DNA of 64,000 nt from an uncultured Coriobacteriales bacterium (GTDB lineage Bacteria > Actinomycetota > Coriobacteriia > Coriobacteriales > QAMH01). Shown one piece after another: positions 46,958 through 57,475 of this stretch (the first letter of the stretch is position 1; each line of letters opens with the position of its first letter). The notes below the pieces were generated by a model. That model had not been told where the DNA came from and did not search any database. It saw only the letters and a program-made list of their open reading frames with translations. Where the stretch lies: assembly GCA_934646835.1 (NCBI GenBank), contig CAKUES010000012.1, forward strand, positions 155 through 64,154, read 5' to 3'. A program made the position numbers and the translations under genes.

Positions 46958-49081
46958 TTAGCCGCGCTTGGAGCCTTGGCGGCCCATGCCGCCTTTGTGG
47001 CCGCTGGCCTTGTTGGGACCCATGCCCTTCTGGTTGAAGCCACCCCTCTTCCTCTGGCCCTTGCCACCGGTAAAGTTGTTGTCCCTATGGCGTCCCTTGC
47101 CGCCGTTGGCCCAGGCCTCGCGTCCCTGCTTGCGCTGGTTGCTGCCGGAGCCGGCCTTCTTGCCGCCGTGCTGGCCGCGCTTTCCCTGACCAGCAGTCTT
47201 GTCGCCGTGCTGCCCCTGCTTGCCCTGGCTGCCAGCGTGCTTCTTGCTGCCGTTGCCGCTACGGGGGTGGCTGTGGCCCTTGCCGGGTGTTGCCCTCACG
47301 AGGCACTCGGGGCCGTTGCCGATGAGGTCCTCGCGGCCGGCGGCCATCAGGGCTTCGATGACGAGGCGGTGGTTCTTGGGGTTGCGGTACTGGATGAGGG
47401 CGCGCTGCATCGCCTTCTCATGCGGGGTGCGCGGGCAGTAGACCTCCTCCATGGTGCGCGGGTCGACGCCGGTGTAGTAGATGCAGGTCGAGATGGTCGA
47501 CGGGGTGGGGTAGAAGTCCTGCACCTGCTCCGGGTTGAAGCCCATGTCGCGGCAGAACTCCGCTAGCTCGACGGCCTCCTTGAGGGTGGAGCCGGGGTGG
47601 CTCGACATCAGGTAGGGCACGACGAACTGCTTGAGCCCCAGTTGCTCGTTGGCCTTGTCAAAGCGCCTCACGTACTCCTGGTAGACGGAGTTGCTCGGCT
47701 TGCCCATGATCTTGAGGACGGCGTCGCTCACGTGCTCGGGGGCGAGGCGCAGCTGGCCGGAGACGTGGTGCTCGGCGATTTCGCGGATGTAGGCGTCGGC
47801 ACGCTTGTCGAGCAGCGTGTAGTCGAAGCGAATGCCGCTGCGGACGAAGACCTTCTTCACGCCGGGGAGCTTGCGCAGCTTGCGGAGCAGCTCGAGGTAA
47901 TCGCGGTGGTCGACCTGCAGGCTGCGGCAGGGCTTGGGGGAGAGGCAGCGCTTGCCGATGCAGGCGCCCTTGTCCATCTGCTTGGGGCAGGCGGGCTTGC
48001 GGAAGTCCGCCGTCGGGCCGCCGACGTCGTGGATGTAGCCCTTGAAGTCCGGGCTGGCGATGATCTTCTCCGCCTCCGCGATGATGCTCTCGTGGCTGCG
48101 GCTTTGGATGATGCGGCCCTGGTGGAAGGCCAGGCTGCAGAAGGCGCACTCGCCGATGCAGCCGCGGTTGCTCGTGATGGAGAACTTGACCTCGCTGATG
48201 GCGGGCACACCGCCGGCCTGCTCGTAGGAGGGGTGGTAAGTGCGCTCGTAGGGCAGGGCGTAGGTCGCGTCCATCTCCTCGGTCGTCAGCGGCTCACTGC
48301 TGGGGTTTTGGACGACGAAGATACCGTCCTCCTCGTAAGGCTCGACCAAGGTCTTGCCGCTGAAGGGGTCGAGGTTGCGGTACTGCGTGCGAAAGCTCTT
48401 GGCGTACTCGACGCGGTCTTTCTGCATCGCCTCCCAGCTGGGCAAGACGACATGCTCGGCCAGGCCCACGAGTTCTTTCGTGCGGTAGGCGGAGCCGGCG
48501 ATCCAGGTGATCTGGTCGATGGTCAGTCCACTGTCGAGCGCGTCGGCCACTTCGACGATGGCATGCTCGCCCATCCCAAAGAGGACCATGTTGGCGCCGC
48601 TGTCGAGCAGCACGGAGCGCTTGAGCTTGTCGGACCAGTAGTCGTAGTGGGCCAGGCGGCGCAGGCTTGCCTCGACACCGCCGAGGATGATCGGCGTGTG
48701 TTTGTAAGTGCGGCGGATGAGGTTGCTGTAGACGACGCTGGCGCGGTCCGGGCGCAGGCCCATCTCGCCGCCGGGGGAGTAGAAGTCCTTGTTGCGGTGC
48801 TTTTTGGCCACGGTGTAGTGGCAGACCATGGAGTCCATGTTGCCCGCGCTCACGAGGAAGGCTAGGCGCGGCTCGCCAAAGACGTCGATGCTCGCCGGGT
48901 CATGCCAGTCGGGCTGGGCGATGATGCCGACCTTGTAGCCCTTGGCCTCGAGCATACGCGTGATGATCGCCATGCCAAAGGAGGGGTGGTCGACGTAGGC
49001 GTCGCCGCAAACGTACACGAAGTCGCACTGCTCCCATCCTCTTTCGAGCATCTCTTCGCGGGTTATGGGGAGAAAGGCCAT
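46958..49081 (-). CDS. YgiQ-family radical SAM protein (UPF0313)
   Basis: Start ATG 49081: MAFLPITREEMLERGWEQCDFVYVCGDAYVDHPSFG. Radical SAM cluster motif CIGECAFCS. The C-terminal tail is long and G/K/H/Q-rich. Confidence 0.9.
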   Translation of the reverse strand: MAFLPITREEMLERGWEQCDFVYVCGDAYVDHPSFGMAIITRMLEAKGYKVGIIAQPDWHDPASIDVFGEPRLAFLVSAGNMDSMVCHYTVAKKHRNKDFYSPGGEMGLRPDRASVVYSNLIRRTYKHTPIILGGVEASLRRLAHYDYWSDKLKRSVLLDSGANMVLFGMGEHAIVEVADALDSGLTIDQITWIAGSAYRTKELVGLAEHVVLPSWEAMQKDRVEYAKSFRTQYRNLDPFSGKTLVEPYEEDGIFVVQNPSSEPLTTEEMDATYALPYERTYHPSYEQAGGVPAISEVKFSITSNRGCIGECAFCSLAFHQGRIIQSRSHESIIAEAEKIIASPDFKGYIHDVGGPTADFRKPACPKQMDKGACIGKRCLSPKPCRSLQVDHRDYLELLRKLRKLPGVKKVFVRSGIRFDYTLLDKRADAYIREIAEHHVSGQLRLAPEHVSDAVLKIMGKPSNSVYQEYVRRFDKANEQLGLKQFVVPYLMSSHPGSTLKEAVELAEFCRDMGFNPEQVQDFYPTPSTISTCIYYTGVDPRTMEEVYCPRTPHEKAMQRALIQYRNPKNHRLVIEALMAAGREDLIGNGPECLVRATPGKGHSHPRSGNGSKKHAGSQGKQGQHGDKTAGQGKRGQHGGKKAGSGSNQRKQGREAWANGGKGRHRDNNFTGGKGQRKRGGFNQKGMGPNKASGHKGGMGRQGSKRG

Positions 49082-49281
49082 GGGGTCTCCAGGATCGGGG
49101 CGCGCGAGGGCGCTGCTTGCAATCCGTCCATTATAGGGCGCGCAGCTGCGCAAATGCTTTTGTGCAGCTGCGGGCTGCCATATACGGCGCAGGCGCGCTC
49201 GCTTGCGCGTCACTTTGGCGAGCTTGCGGCATAATGCCATCTATAAGAAAAAGCTTCGAGTCCTCATGGGGGAGCCGCCAC

Positions 49282-51372
49282 ATGGCAACGAACATCAGCG
49301 ACATCTACGGCAGCCTCGTCTTCAACGACAAGGTCATGAAAGAGCGCCTGCCCAAGCCCGTCTACAAGAGCCTTCACCAGACCATCGCGGAGGGCACCCC
49401 GCTTGACGACGATTTGGCCAACACCGTTGCGCATGCGATGAAGGAATGGGCAGTCGAGCACGGCTGTACGCACTTCACGCACTGGTTCCAGCCCCTGACC
49501 GGCGGCACCTCCGAGAAGCATGACGCCTTCATCAGTCCTGTCGGTGATGGCACGGCCATCACGGCGTTCTCTGGCAAAGAGCTCATCCAGGGTGAGCCGG
49601 ACGCCTCCTCCTTCCCCAGCGGCGGCCTGCGCCAGACGGCGTCCGCCCGCGGCTACACCGCCTGGGACCCCACCTCCTACGCCTTCATCAAGGACGAGGT
49701 GCTCTGCATCCCCACCGTCTTCATCTCCTACACCGGCGAGGCGCTCGACAAGAAGACGCCGCTGTTGCGCTCCATGAAGGCCATCAGCGAGCAGACCAAG
49801 CGCGTGCTCGCCTGCTTTGGCATCGACGACGTGCCCCAGGTCGTGACGACCGTCGGCGCGGAGCAGGAGTACTTCCTCATCAAGCTCGAAGACTACGCTG
49901 CGCGCCCCGACCTCGTCCTCATCGGCCGCACCCTCTTTGGTGCAGCGCCGGCAAAGGGCCAGGAGCTCGACGAGCACTACTTTGGCGCAGTGCGCGAGAC
50001 CGTCTCCGACTACATGAAGGAAGTCGATGCTGAGCTGTGGAAGCTCGGCATCGACGCCCGCACCAAGCACAACGAGGTCGCCCCCGCCCAGCACGAGATC
50101 GCCCCGATCTTCGCGCGCAGCACGACGGCCGTCGACAACAACCTCCTCACCATGGAGATCTTGCGCAAGTGCGCCCCGCACCACGGCCTGTACTGCTTGA
50201 TCCGCGAGAAGCCCTTTGCAGGCGTCAACGGCTCCGGCAAGCACAACAACTGGTCGCTTGCCACGCCGAGCATGAACCTGCTCTCCCCGGGCAAGGACCC
50301 CGCTCACAACACCATCTTCCTGCTGACGCTCGCCGCGGTTATCCAAGCCGTCGACAACTACCAGCAGCTGCTGCGCGCTACTGTCGCGACCGCCGGCAAC
50401 GACCTGCGCCTCGGTGCCAACGAGGCCCCGCCGGCGATCATCTCCATCTTCCTGGGAGACGAGCTCGAGGCAGTGCGCCAGGCCATCGTCACCGGCGAGT
50501 CCTCCACGGCATCCGCGGAGGTCGTGATGGACCTGGGCAGCGACGTGCTCCCGCACCTGTCCCAGGACACGACGGATCGCAACCGCACGAGCCCCTTCGC
50601 GTTCACCGGCAACCGCTTCGAGTTCCGCATGCCGGGCTCCAGCGTGAACCTCTCCAGTTGCAACACCGTCATCAACACCGCGGTGGCCAAGTCCTTCAAG
50701 GAGTACGCCGACATCCTCGAGAAGGCCGACGACGCAGAGGCGGCCGCGCTCGACATCTGCAAGCGCGTCTTCAAGGAGCACGAGCGCATCATCTTCAACG
50801 GCAACGGCTACAGCGAGGAGTGGGAGCAGGAGGCGGCGCGCCGCGGCCTGGCCAACGACAAGAACACGCCGGATGCCATGGGTGCCTACATCGCCCAGGA
50901 CAACATCGACCTCTTCGAGGAGTTCGGCGTCATGAGCGAGGCGGAGACCCGCGCTCGCTACGACGTCAAGATGGGCATCTACGCCAAGATGCTGAACATC
51001 GAGGCGCTGACCATGCTCGACATGGCGGGCAAGCAGATCCTGCCGGCCGTTCTGGCCTACAGCGGCGACGTCGCGAGCACGGCTGCAACCAAGGCGTCTG
51101 TGAGCTCTGCGATCTCCATCAAGGCCGAGACCGAGCTACTCGACGTCCTCGCCGCCGGTGCCGACGCCATCAGCGATGGGCTCGCCGCCCTCAAGGCAGC
51201 GCGCGAGGAGGCAAGCGCCGTGGCTGGCGACGCGGAGCAGGCCTTCGCCTACCGCGACAAGGTCCTTCCCGCCATGACCCAGCTGCGCAAGGCAGCCGAC
51301 GAGATGGAGCTCGTCGTCGCCAAGGACTACTGGCCCTTCCCGACCTACAACGACATGCTCTTCTACGTGTAG
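49282..51372 (+). CDS. glnN: Glutamine synthetase, type III
   Basis: Start ATG 49282. MATNISDIYGSLVFNDKVMKERLPK..., VNGSGKHNNWSL, and a ~700-aa length are typical of GSIII. Confidence 0.92.
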   Translation: MATNISDIYGSLVFNDKVMKERLPKPVYKSLHQTIAEGTPLDDDLANTVAHAMKEWAVEHGCTHFTHWFQPLTGGTSEKHDAFISPVGDGTAITAFSGKELIQGEPDASSFPSGGLRQTASARGYTAWDPTSYAFIKDEVLCIPTVFISYTGEALDKKTPLLRSMKAISEQTKRVLACFGIDDVPQVVTTVGAEQEYFLIKLEDYAARPDLVLIGRTLFGAAPAKGQELDEHYFGAVRETVSDYMKEVDAELWKLGIDARTKHNEVAPAQHEIAPIFARSTTAVDNNLLTMEILRKCAPHHGLYCLIREKPFAGVNGSGKHNNWSLATPSMNLLSPGKDPAHNTIFLLTLAAVIQAVDNYQQLLRATVATAGNDLRLGANEAPPAIISIFLGDELEAVRQAIVTGESSTASAEVVMDLGSDVLPHLSQDTTDRNRTSPFAFTGNRFEFRMPGSSVNLSSCNTVINTAVAKSFKEYADILEKADDAEAAALDICKRVFKEHERIIFNGNGYSEEWEQEAARRGLANDKNTPDAMGAYIAQDNIDLFEEFGVMSEAETRARYDVKMGIYAKMLNIEALTMLDMAGKQILPAVLAYSGDVASTAATKASVSSAISIKAETELLDVLAAGADAISDGLAALKAAREEASAVAGDAEQAFAYRDKVLPAMTQLRKAADEMELVVAKDYWPFPTYNDMLFYV

Positions 51373-51486
51373 GAAAGCGCTGATTAGAGCAAGTGCTCAC
51401 TGCGTGTGATTGACAAAACCGCTGGTTACGTAGGGGAGGGACCCTGTCCCTCCCCATAAACCATGCATTAATCGGCGTTTCCCTAG
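51373..51486 (+). repeat. Family A element, copy A7 (long form, reference copy)
   Basis: GAAAGCGCTGATTAGAGCAAGTGCTCACTGCGTGTGATTGACAAAACCGCTGGTTACGTAGGGGAGGGACCCTGTCCCTCCCCATAAACCATGCATTAATCGGCGTTTCCC. It starts directly after the glnN stop. The ends are ~20-nt imperfect inverted repeats. Confidence 0.9.
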
Positions 51487-51490
51487 CGCA

Positions 51491-51570
51491 AATCGAACGA
51501 AAATGACCAGGTCTCTTCCGTTCAACGACTTTGTCTTGAACGGAAGAGACCTGGTCATTTTCGTTCGATT
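51491..51570. terminator. 35-bp perfect hairpin between convergent glnN and tcdA (bidirectional terminator candidate)
   Basis: AATCGAACGAAAATGACCAGGTCTCTTCCGTTCAA - CGACTTTGTC - TTGAACGGAAGAGACCTGGTCATTTTCGTTCGATT. Confidence 0.6.
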
Positions 51571-51592
51571 GCCCTTTGCGCCGCGGTGCCCC

Positions 51593-52312
51593 TTAGCGCT
51601 CGAAGGCGATGTCTTTTGCGACCTCGGCGGCGATGATGAGACCGGCTACGCTCGGCACGAAGGAGGTCGAGCCCGGGGCGATGCCGCGGCCCTTCATCTC
51701 GGCGCCGGGGGTGTCCTGGTCGAGCTTGATCGGCTCCTCTTTGGAGTAGACGCACTTCATGTGCTCGATGCCGCGACGGCGCAGTTCCTTGCGCATGACC
51801 TTGGCAAGCCGGCACACGCTCGTCTCGCTGATGTCGGCGACCTCGATCTGCGTGGGGTCGAGTTTGTTGCCCGTGCCCATGCTCGAGATGTGGCGCACGC
51901 CGGTCTCGTGGGCGGCGACGGCGATGTCGAGCTTTGCGGAGACCGTGTCGATGGCATCGATGACGTAGTCGTATGAGGAGAAGTCGAACTCGTCGCGTGT
52001 CTCGGGCAGGTAGAAGCAGGCGTGCTTGACGACCTTGCACTCCGGGTTGACGGACTTGATGCGCTCCTCCATCACATCGACCTTGCGTTTGCCGATGGTA
52101 TCCCAGGTGGCGATGAGCTGGCGGTTGAGGTTGGTGAGCGAGACCTCGTCGTTGTCGACGATGTCGATCGCACCCACGCCGGCGCGCACGAGTGCCTCGA
52201 CTACGTGCCCGCCTACGCCTCCGATGCCAAAGACGATGACGCGGGAGCCGTGCAGGCGCTCGACGCCTTCTTCTCCCAAGAGCAGGGCCGTTCTGGAAAA
52301 CTGGTTGAGCAT
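51593..52312 (-). CDS. tcdA: tRNA threonylcarbamoyladenosine dehydratase (ThiF/MoeB/HesA-fold, TcdA/CsdL-like)
   Basis: MLNQFSRTALLLGEEGVERLHGSRVIVFGIGGVGGHVVEALVRAGVG (Rossmann GxGxxG), a ~240-aa size, and the internal CRLAKVMRKELRR. Confidence 0.85.
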   Translation of the reverse strand: MLNQFSRTALLLGEEGVERLHGSRVIVFGIGGVGGHVVEALVRAGVGAIDIVDNDEVSLTNLNRQLIATWDTIGKRKVDVMEERIKSVNPECKVVKHACFYLPETRDEFDFSSYDYVIDAIDTVSAKLDIAVAAHETGVRHISSMGTGNKLDPTQIEVADISETSVCRLAKVMRKELRRRGIEHMKCVYSKEEPIKLDQDTPGAEMKGRGIAPGSTSFVPSVAGLIIAAEVAKDIAFER

Positions 52313-52444
52313 GCTGATATTCCTATCTGCGTGGTAGGTTTAATGAAACCGTATTCTAAGGCAAGTTAAGGTACTCGCTTAATCTTTCATTAAGATACTT
52401 TACCTTGCTCACAGGGTCTTCTCTCGGTGTTAGCCTATAAAGCT

Positions 52445-53563
52445 ATGCAATCAAGGAAGAACATAGGGAAGCTGACTGCGTGCGGGAGCGCCGCGCTTGC
52501 GGCAGAGCTGTGCCTTGCGCTGGTATGCCCCGCTGTGCTTGCAAGCTCTTCTGCACCGTCCTCCTATGCCTATGCGGATGGAAACTCCTCGTCTTCCGTC
52601 GAGGTGAGCGGCGAGATTAAGCCCGTCCACGAGCATCGCAAGGAGTGCGTCCCGACGAGCGAGAACCTCGCGCGCTACGCCACGGTCACCGCTCCGGCGC
52701 GCTACCACTATGTGTGCAGGTGCGGCAAGCAGCTCAAGGCGACCTATGAGTACGGCTATCCGCTGACGGGCAACCTTGCGCAGCTCAAGCGCCGCTATGC
52801 AGACAGCCCCAAGGGCGGCATCGCCTTCACCGGCTCCTCGTTGTTCTCGCGCTGGGACAGCCTGGCCGCCGACATCGAGGACAAGTGCGTGTACCCCGCC
52901 AACATGGTCTACAACATGGCGATGGGTGGGACGAACGTTTATCGATGGGCTCAAGACGACTACATCGACGCCATTGCCGCACTCGAGCCGAGCGTCGTCG
53001 TGGTCTCCGGCATCAACAGCCTGCGCTACTTTGGCGCGCTCGACACGCGCAACGACCTTGAGGCTGCCGATGAGACCGCCGCGATGATCGAGACCTACGT
53101 CGAGAAGCTCAAGGCAAAGCTTCCTGGCGTGAAGGTCCTTGTCGTCGGCGGGATCAAGACGCCGGACGATTACCGTCGCGAGTACTTGGCCGGGACCAAG
53201 ATCTCGAGCTGGAAGCGCATCGATCTCTACAATAAGCTGCTCAAAAAGGAGTTTCGCCGCGACTCCAGCGTTACCTATGTCGACATCCAGCGACAGCTTT
53301 TGGCCAAGCTCGACAAGCCCAAGCGCGGACAGACTTTTGCGTACTACTGCAACAAGAAGAAGCTCAGGGACAAATCGAGCTTGAAGACCGCGCGCAAGAT
53401 CGTCATGGCCAAGCGCGACTACGAGGAGAAACTCGATCCGTATTTCAAGGCGGACCTTCGTCATCCCTCGGCGCTCTCCTACAGCAAGATCTGGCTTCCT
53501 CGCGTAGGCGCCAAGGCCGTGCAGCTGGCTCGATCGTCGGGGAAGGGCGAGTTCGAGGGCTAA
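52445..53563 (+). CDS. Secreted SGNH/GDSL-like hydrolase family protein
   Basis: The signal-like N-terminus ends ...AVLASSSAPS. IAFTGSSLFSRWD (block I-like) and ADLRHPSALSY (block V-like D..H) are present. An alternative start is GTG 52427. Confidence 0.65.
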   Translation: MQSRKNIGKLTACGSAALAAELCLALVCPAVLASSSAPSSYAYADGNSSSSVEVSGEIKPVHEHRKECVPTSENLARYATVTAPARYHYVCRCGKQLKATYEYGYPLTGNLAQLKRRYADSPKGGIAFTGSSLFSRWDSLAADIEDKCVYPANMVYNMAMGGTNVYRWAQDDYIDAIAALEPSVVVVSGINSLRYFGALDTRNDLEAADETAAMIETYVEKLKAKLPGVKVLVVGGIKTPDDYRREYLAGTKISSWKRIDLYNKLLKKEFRRDSSVTYVDIQRQLLAKLDKPKRGQTFAYYCNKKKLRDKSSLKTARKIVMAKRDYEEKLDPYFKADLRHPSALSYSKIWLPRVGAKAVQLARSSGKGEFEG

Positions 53564-53610
53564 GTGCGCTAGAATCTATCCCCTTACTTCACAATGCAAA
53601 GGGGGCCTTC

Positions 53611-54939
53611 ATGGCGCGTCTTTTTGGAACCGACGGCGTCCGCGGTGTTGCGGGCGAGGATCTCACCTATGAGCTGGCAGTGGCCTTGGGCCGCGCTGCC
53701 GTGCGCAAGCTGGGTGGACGCATCGTCATCGGACGCGACACACGCGTGAGCGGCCCCATGCTCGAGGAGGGTCTGCGCGCTGGCATCCAAGCTGAGGGCG
53801 GTCAGGCTCCCACGCTTTTGGGCGTCATCCCTACGCCGGGCCTTGCCTGGTACACCGTCGACAAGGGCTTCGACTGCGGTGTCATGATTACCGCGAGCCA
53901 CAATGCTCCCGAGTACAACGGCATCAAGTTCTTCAGCGCCGACGGCTTCAAGCTGCCGGATGCCGTCGAGGACGAGATGCAGGCGATCGTCGAGTCTGTG
54001 CTCGCCGAGGAAGTCCCCGCACCCGCCCCGGGCGTCGAGGTCGCAGATGCCGTCGAGCAGTTCGTCGACTACGACATCGCTCCGCTCACTGCAGCCGGCG
54101 TCGACCTGCGCGGTCTCAAGATCGCGCTCGACACCGCTCACGGCGCTGCCTGCAAGACCACTCCGCTCGCGCTCGAAAAGCTCGGCGCCAAAGTCACAGC
54201 CATCAACACGGATCCGGACGGCTCGATCATCAACGTCGAGTGCGGCTCTACGCACCTGGGCCCGGTCATCGAGCTCATGCGCGAGTGCGGCGCCGATATC
54301 GCGCTCGCCCATGACGGCGATGCCGACCGCCTGCTCGCCGTTTCCTCGGATGGTACAGTCTGCGACGGCGACTTCATCCTCGCCATCTGCGCCAAGGACA
54401 TGAGCAAGCGCGGCATGCTCGCTGCAAATACCGTCGTCAGCACCGTGATGGCCAACCTTGGCTTCATGCAGGCGATGGAGCGCGAGGGCATCGAGGTGTC
54501 TGCCACCAAGGTCGGCGACCGCTACGTGCTCGAGTCCATGCGCGAGATCGGCGCGGTCATCGGCGGCGAGCAGTCCGGTCACGTCATCGACCTGCGCCAC
54601 CACACTACCGGCGACGGCCTGGCCACGGCGCTGATGCTGCTCGGCTGCGTTGCCCGCAGCGGCAAGAAGCTCGAGGAGCTCATGGGCATTATGCGCAAGC
54701 TGCCCCAGTCCCTCGTTAACGTCCGCGTCACCGACAAATCCCTCTATGAGGGCGACGAGCAGATTGCCGCCGCGGCAGCCGATGTCGAGCGCGAGCTCGA
54801 GGGCTGCGGTCGCCTTCTGGTCCGTCCCAGCGGCACCGAGCCTTTGATCCGCGTCATGGTCGAGGCCCCCACGCAGAGGCAGGCCGACGCGATGGCCAAC
54901 AAGCTCGCTGACGTCGTCCGCGAGCGCATCGGCGCCTAA
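53611..54939 (+). CDS. glmM: Phosphoglucosamine mutase
   Basis: MARLFGTDGVRGVAGEDLT, active-site ITASHNAPEYNGIKF, DGDADRL, and GEQSGHVI. Confidence 0.96.
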   Translation: MARLFGTDGVRGVAGEDLTYELAVALGRAAVRKLGGRIVIGRDTRVSGPMLEEGLRAGIQAEGGQAPTLLGVIPTPGLAWYTVDKGFDCGVMITASHNAPEYNGIKFFSADGFKLPDAVEDEMQAIVESVLAEEVPAPAPGVEVADAVEQFVDYDIAPLTAAGVDLRGLKIALDTAHGAACKTTPLALEKLGAKVTAINTDPDGSIINVECGSTHLGPVIELMRECGADIALAHDGDADRLLAVSSDGTVCDGDFILAICAKDMSKRGMLAANTVVSTVMANLGFMQAMEREGIEVSATKVGDRYVLESMREIGAVIGGEQSGHVIDLRHHTTGDGLATALMLLGCVARSGKKLEELMGIMRKLPQSLVNVRVTDKSLYEGDEQIAAAAADVERELEGCGRLLVRPSGTEPLIRVMVEAPTQRQADAMANKLADVVRERIGA

Positions 54940-54973
54940 AGGCGCGCCGCGTCGAAACAGCTTGCCGCTTGTT

Positions 54974-55079
54974 CGTGACACACTTTGTGCCAGTGACATT
55001 GTGTATCACGCAGAAGGCTCGCGTTAACCTGCAGCTCGACGGCGTGAAACACATTGTCACTGGCACAAAGTGTGTCACG
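54974..55079. repeat. Family H long cruciform hairpin, copy H1b
   Basis: CGTGACACACTTTGTGCCAGTGACATTGTGTATCACG (54974-55010) pairs with CGTGAAACACATTGTCACTGGCACAAAGTGTGTCACG (55043-55079). Confidence 0.9.
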
Positions 55080-55233
55080 TCGTTTGTCTATCGTGTCTGT
55101 ACTCCGTACCTCTTATTTCGCACAATATAATCTATTCTCGATAAAGAACCATTTACAAACGTTATAATCTGCTGATTCGCCTGAGGGAGGAGGGGCGTGA
55201 AGAGGAGCCGACGACGGACGCAATGAGGAACAC

Positions 55234-57240
55234 TTGCTTTACAACATCAACTTTGACATAGCCGGTGTCATCTTGACCTTGGGCCTTTTGCTGGTCTTTT
55301 GGACGCGCCGCAGCTATCCGACCATAGAGTCGAAGACCTTCCTCGCGCTTGCCCTCGCAAACGCGGTCGGCTGCGTGCTCGACATGCTGTCATCGGCGGC
55401 CATGTCCTATGCGAACCTCGTGCCGCTTTGGCTCAACTACCTCCTCATCGTTGCCTACCATATCTCCAATGCGACAGTCGCCCTGTTCTTTCTGCTCTAC
55501 ATCCTCACAGTGGTAGACGAGCTTCCCAAAAAGGGAGGGGTACGCAAGGTCGCTTGGATCCTCTACGCCGTAGCTGTCCTGCTCACGGTGACGACCCCGG
55601 CAACGCACCTGCTCTTCAGCTTTGCGCCAGATGGCAGCTATGTGCACGGCCCGTTCTTCAACGTGCTCTACGCAGTCTCGTTCTCCATCGTGCTCATTGC
55701 CCTGGCGTGCCTCATGTGCTGCCGCCGCACGCTCAACGTCTACCAGATCGTCCCGCCCATCGTCGCCTGCATGGCGGTCTTTATCGGCTCTGCCGTCGAG
55801 GCGATCCACCCCGAGCTCTTGCTCCAGGGCTTCACCATCTCGCTCGTCTTGGTCTTGGTGTACGAGAGCACGAGCGCCAACAGCAAGTTCATGTTCGCGG
55901 GAAGCTACTGCTACAACTTCCGCGCCTTCCGCGACCATATGAACAAGCGCATCAAGAGGGGCGATCGCTTTAGCGTGGTTGGCATCGGGCTCAGGGACGC
56001 CTCGTATTTGAGCGGCGTGCTGGACTTCAGCGCCTACCAGGCGCTCTACATCAACATGAGCAACCTGTTGCGCCGTGAGCTGGGCCAGCGCAACACCTTC
56101 TACCTGCGCAGCGGCTACTTTGCCATCGTCTGCGACATGGGCAAGGAGAGCGATGTTGTCTTCTCTGCTATAGACGCGATTAAGAGGATAGAGCTTCCGG
56201 TGAACTGCACGGTGAACCTTGATCCCTGCTTTGCCGTGCTCCGTCATCCGGGCATCGTTAACACAGGACGCGAAGCGGACGAGGTCATGGTTTCCGCGCT
56301 TGACAGCTGCGTGCGCGACACGAGCTCGCTCGTCAACCTCGTCGACGGCAGCGCGCTCACGGCCAAGCGCCGCGAGGCAGAGGTCTCGCTTGCCCTGCGC
56401 AAGGCTATGGAGGCCCATCGCTTCGAGGTCTACTACCAGCCGATTCGCAACGTTCAGACGGGCGCCTTTGACTCGGCGGAGGCCTTGGTGCGCCTAAGCG
56501 ACCCGGCGCTCGGCTTCATCAGTCCGGATGAGTTCATTCCCCTTGCGGAGTCAAACGGCACCATCCTCGAGATCAGTGAGCAGATCCTCGAGCAGGTATG
56601 CCGTTTTTGGAGAGACGCAGAGCTGGCCAAGTTGGGTGTCGCGCGCATGGACATCAACCTTTCTGCTGTCCAGTGTGCCAAGCGTAACATGGCCGACCAG
56701 CTGCTCTACGCGCTCAACCGCTATGGTGTCGACCCCTCCTGCGTGTGCATGGAGGTGACCGAGACCGCCGTTCTCAACGACAGGCAGACGACGAAGGAGA
56801 ACCTCGACAAGTTGCATGACGCGGGCATCCAACTGGCGCTTGACGACTACGGCACCGGCTACTCATCGGCAACAAATCTCTTCGAGCTGCCCTTCGACAT
56901 CGTCAAGGTCGACAAGTCCGTGGTGTGGGGCGCCATGGAGGACGTCAATGCCCTCGCTGTGCTCAAGAACGTCTGCGAGATGTGCCACTCGCTCGACAAG
57001 CAGATCGTTGCGGAGGGTGTGGAGAGCGAGGAGATGACCCAGTTGCTCGAGACTTTGGGCACCGAGCATCTGCAGGGCTACCTCTACTCAAAGCCCCTGC
57101 CCGAGGACGCCTACCTCGAGTTTTTGCGTGAGCAAGGCGAGTGTGCCGAGCAACTTGACCACTGGTGCCAGTCGCGCTTTTGCAAGCTCGACGCCGACCT
57201 CACCCTCGAGTCCCTCGGTGCGAGCAAGGCGGCATCCTAG
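55234..57240 (+). CDS. Membrane protein with degenerate GGDEF-like region and EAL domain (putative c-di-GMP phosphodiesterase)
   Basis: TTG start. The N-terminal ~200 aa are polytopic. EAL-domain motifs are EVYYQPI...AEALVRL, LDDYGTGYSS, KVDKSVV, EGVESEEM and QGYLYSKP. Confidence 0.85.
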   Translation: MLYNINFDIAGVILTLGLLLVFWTRRSYPTIESKTFLALALANAVGCVLDMLSSAAMSYANLVPLWLNYLLIVAYHISNATVALFFLLYILTVVDELPKKGGVRKVAWILYAVAVLLTVTTPATHLLFSFAPDGSYVHGPFFNVLYAVSFSIVLIALACLMCCRRTLNVYQIVPPIVACMAVFIGSAVEAIHPELLLQGFTISLVLVLVYESTSANSKFMFAGSYCYNFRAFRDHMNKRIKRGDRFSVVGIGLRDASYLSGVLDFSAYQALYINMSNLLRRELGQRNTFYLRSGYFAIVCDMGKESDVVFSAIDAIKRIELPVNCTVNLDPCFAVLRHPGIVNTGREADEVMVSALDSCVRDTSSLVNLVDGSALTAKRREAEVSLALRKAMEAHRFEVYYQPIRNVQTGAFDSAEALVRLSDPALGFISPDEFIPLAESNGTILEISEQILEQVCRFWRDAELAKLGVARMDINLSAVQCAKRNMADQLLYALNRYGVDPSCVCMEVTETAVLNDRQTTKENLDKLHDAGIQLALDDYGTGYSSATNLFELPFDIVKVDKSVVWGAMEDVNALAVLKNVCEMCHSLDKQIVAEGVESEEMTQLLETLGTEHLQGYLYSKPLPEDAYLEFLREQGECAEQLDHWCQSRFCKLDADLTLESLGASKAAS

Positions 57241-57258
57241 CTGCCGTTGCGCTTTGCT

Positions 57259-57314
57259 GGGGAAGCGCTGATTAATGCAAGGTTTATGGGGGGGGGACAG
57301 GGTCCCCCTATGTG
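57259..57314 (-). repeat. Family A element, copy A8 (reverse orientation, short form)
   Basis: GGGGAAGCGCTGATTAATGCAAGGTTTATGGGGGGGGGACAGGGTCCCCCTATGTG. Confidence 0.85.
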
Positions 57315-57475
57315 GGCACACACTAGATTACGCATTTGACGTGCGCAAGGCGGCCTCTTGTTTTGTGCACTCTTTCCTGTTGCGTTTACATAGCTCCTCA
57401 CTCGGATATAATACCTAGCATCGCTATAGGTTTGTTAGGGGCGACGCGCTCGCCCGCGCTGAGAGAGGGGATACG

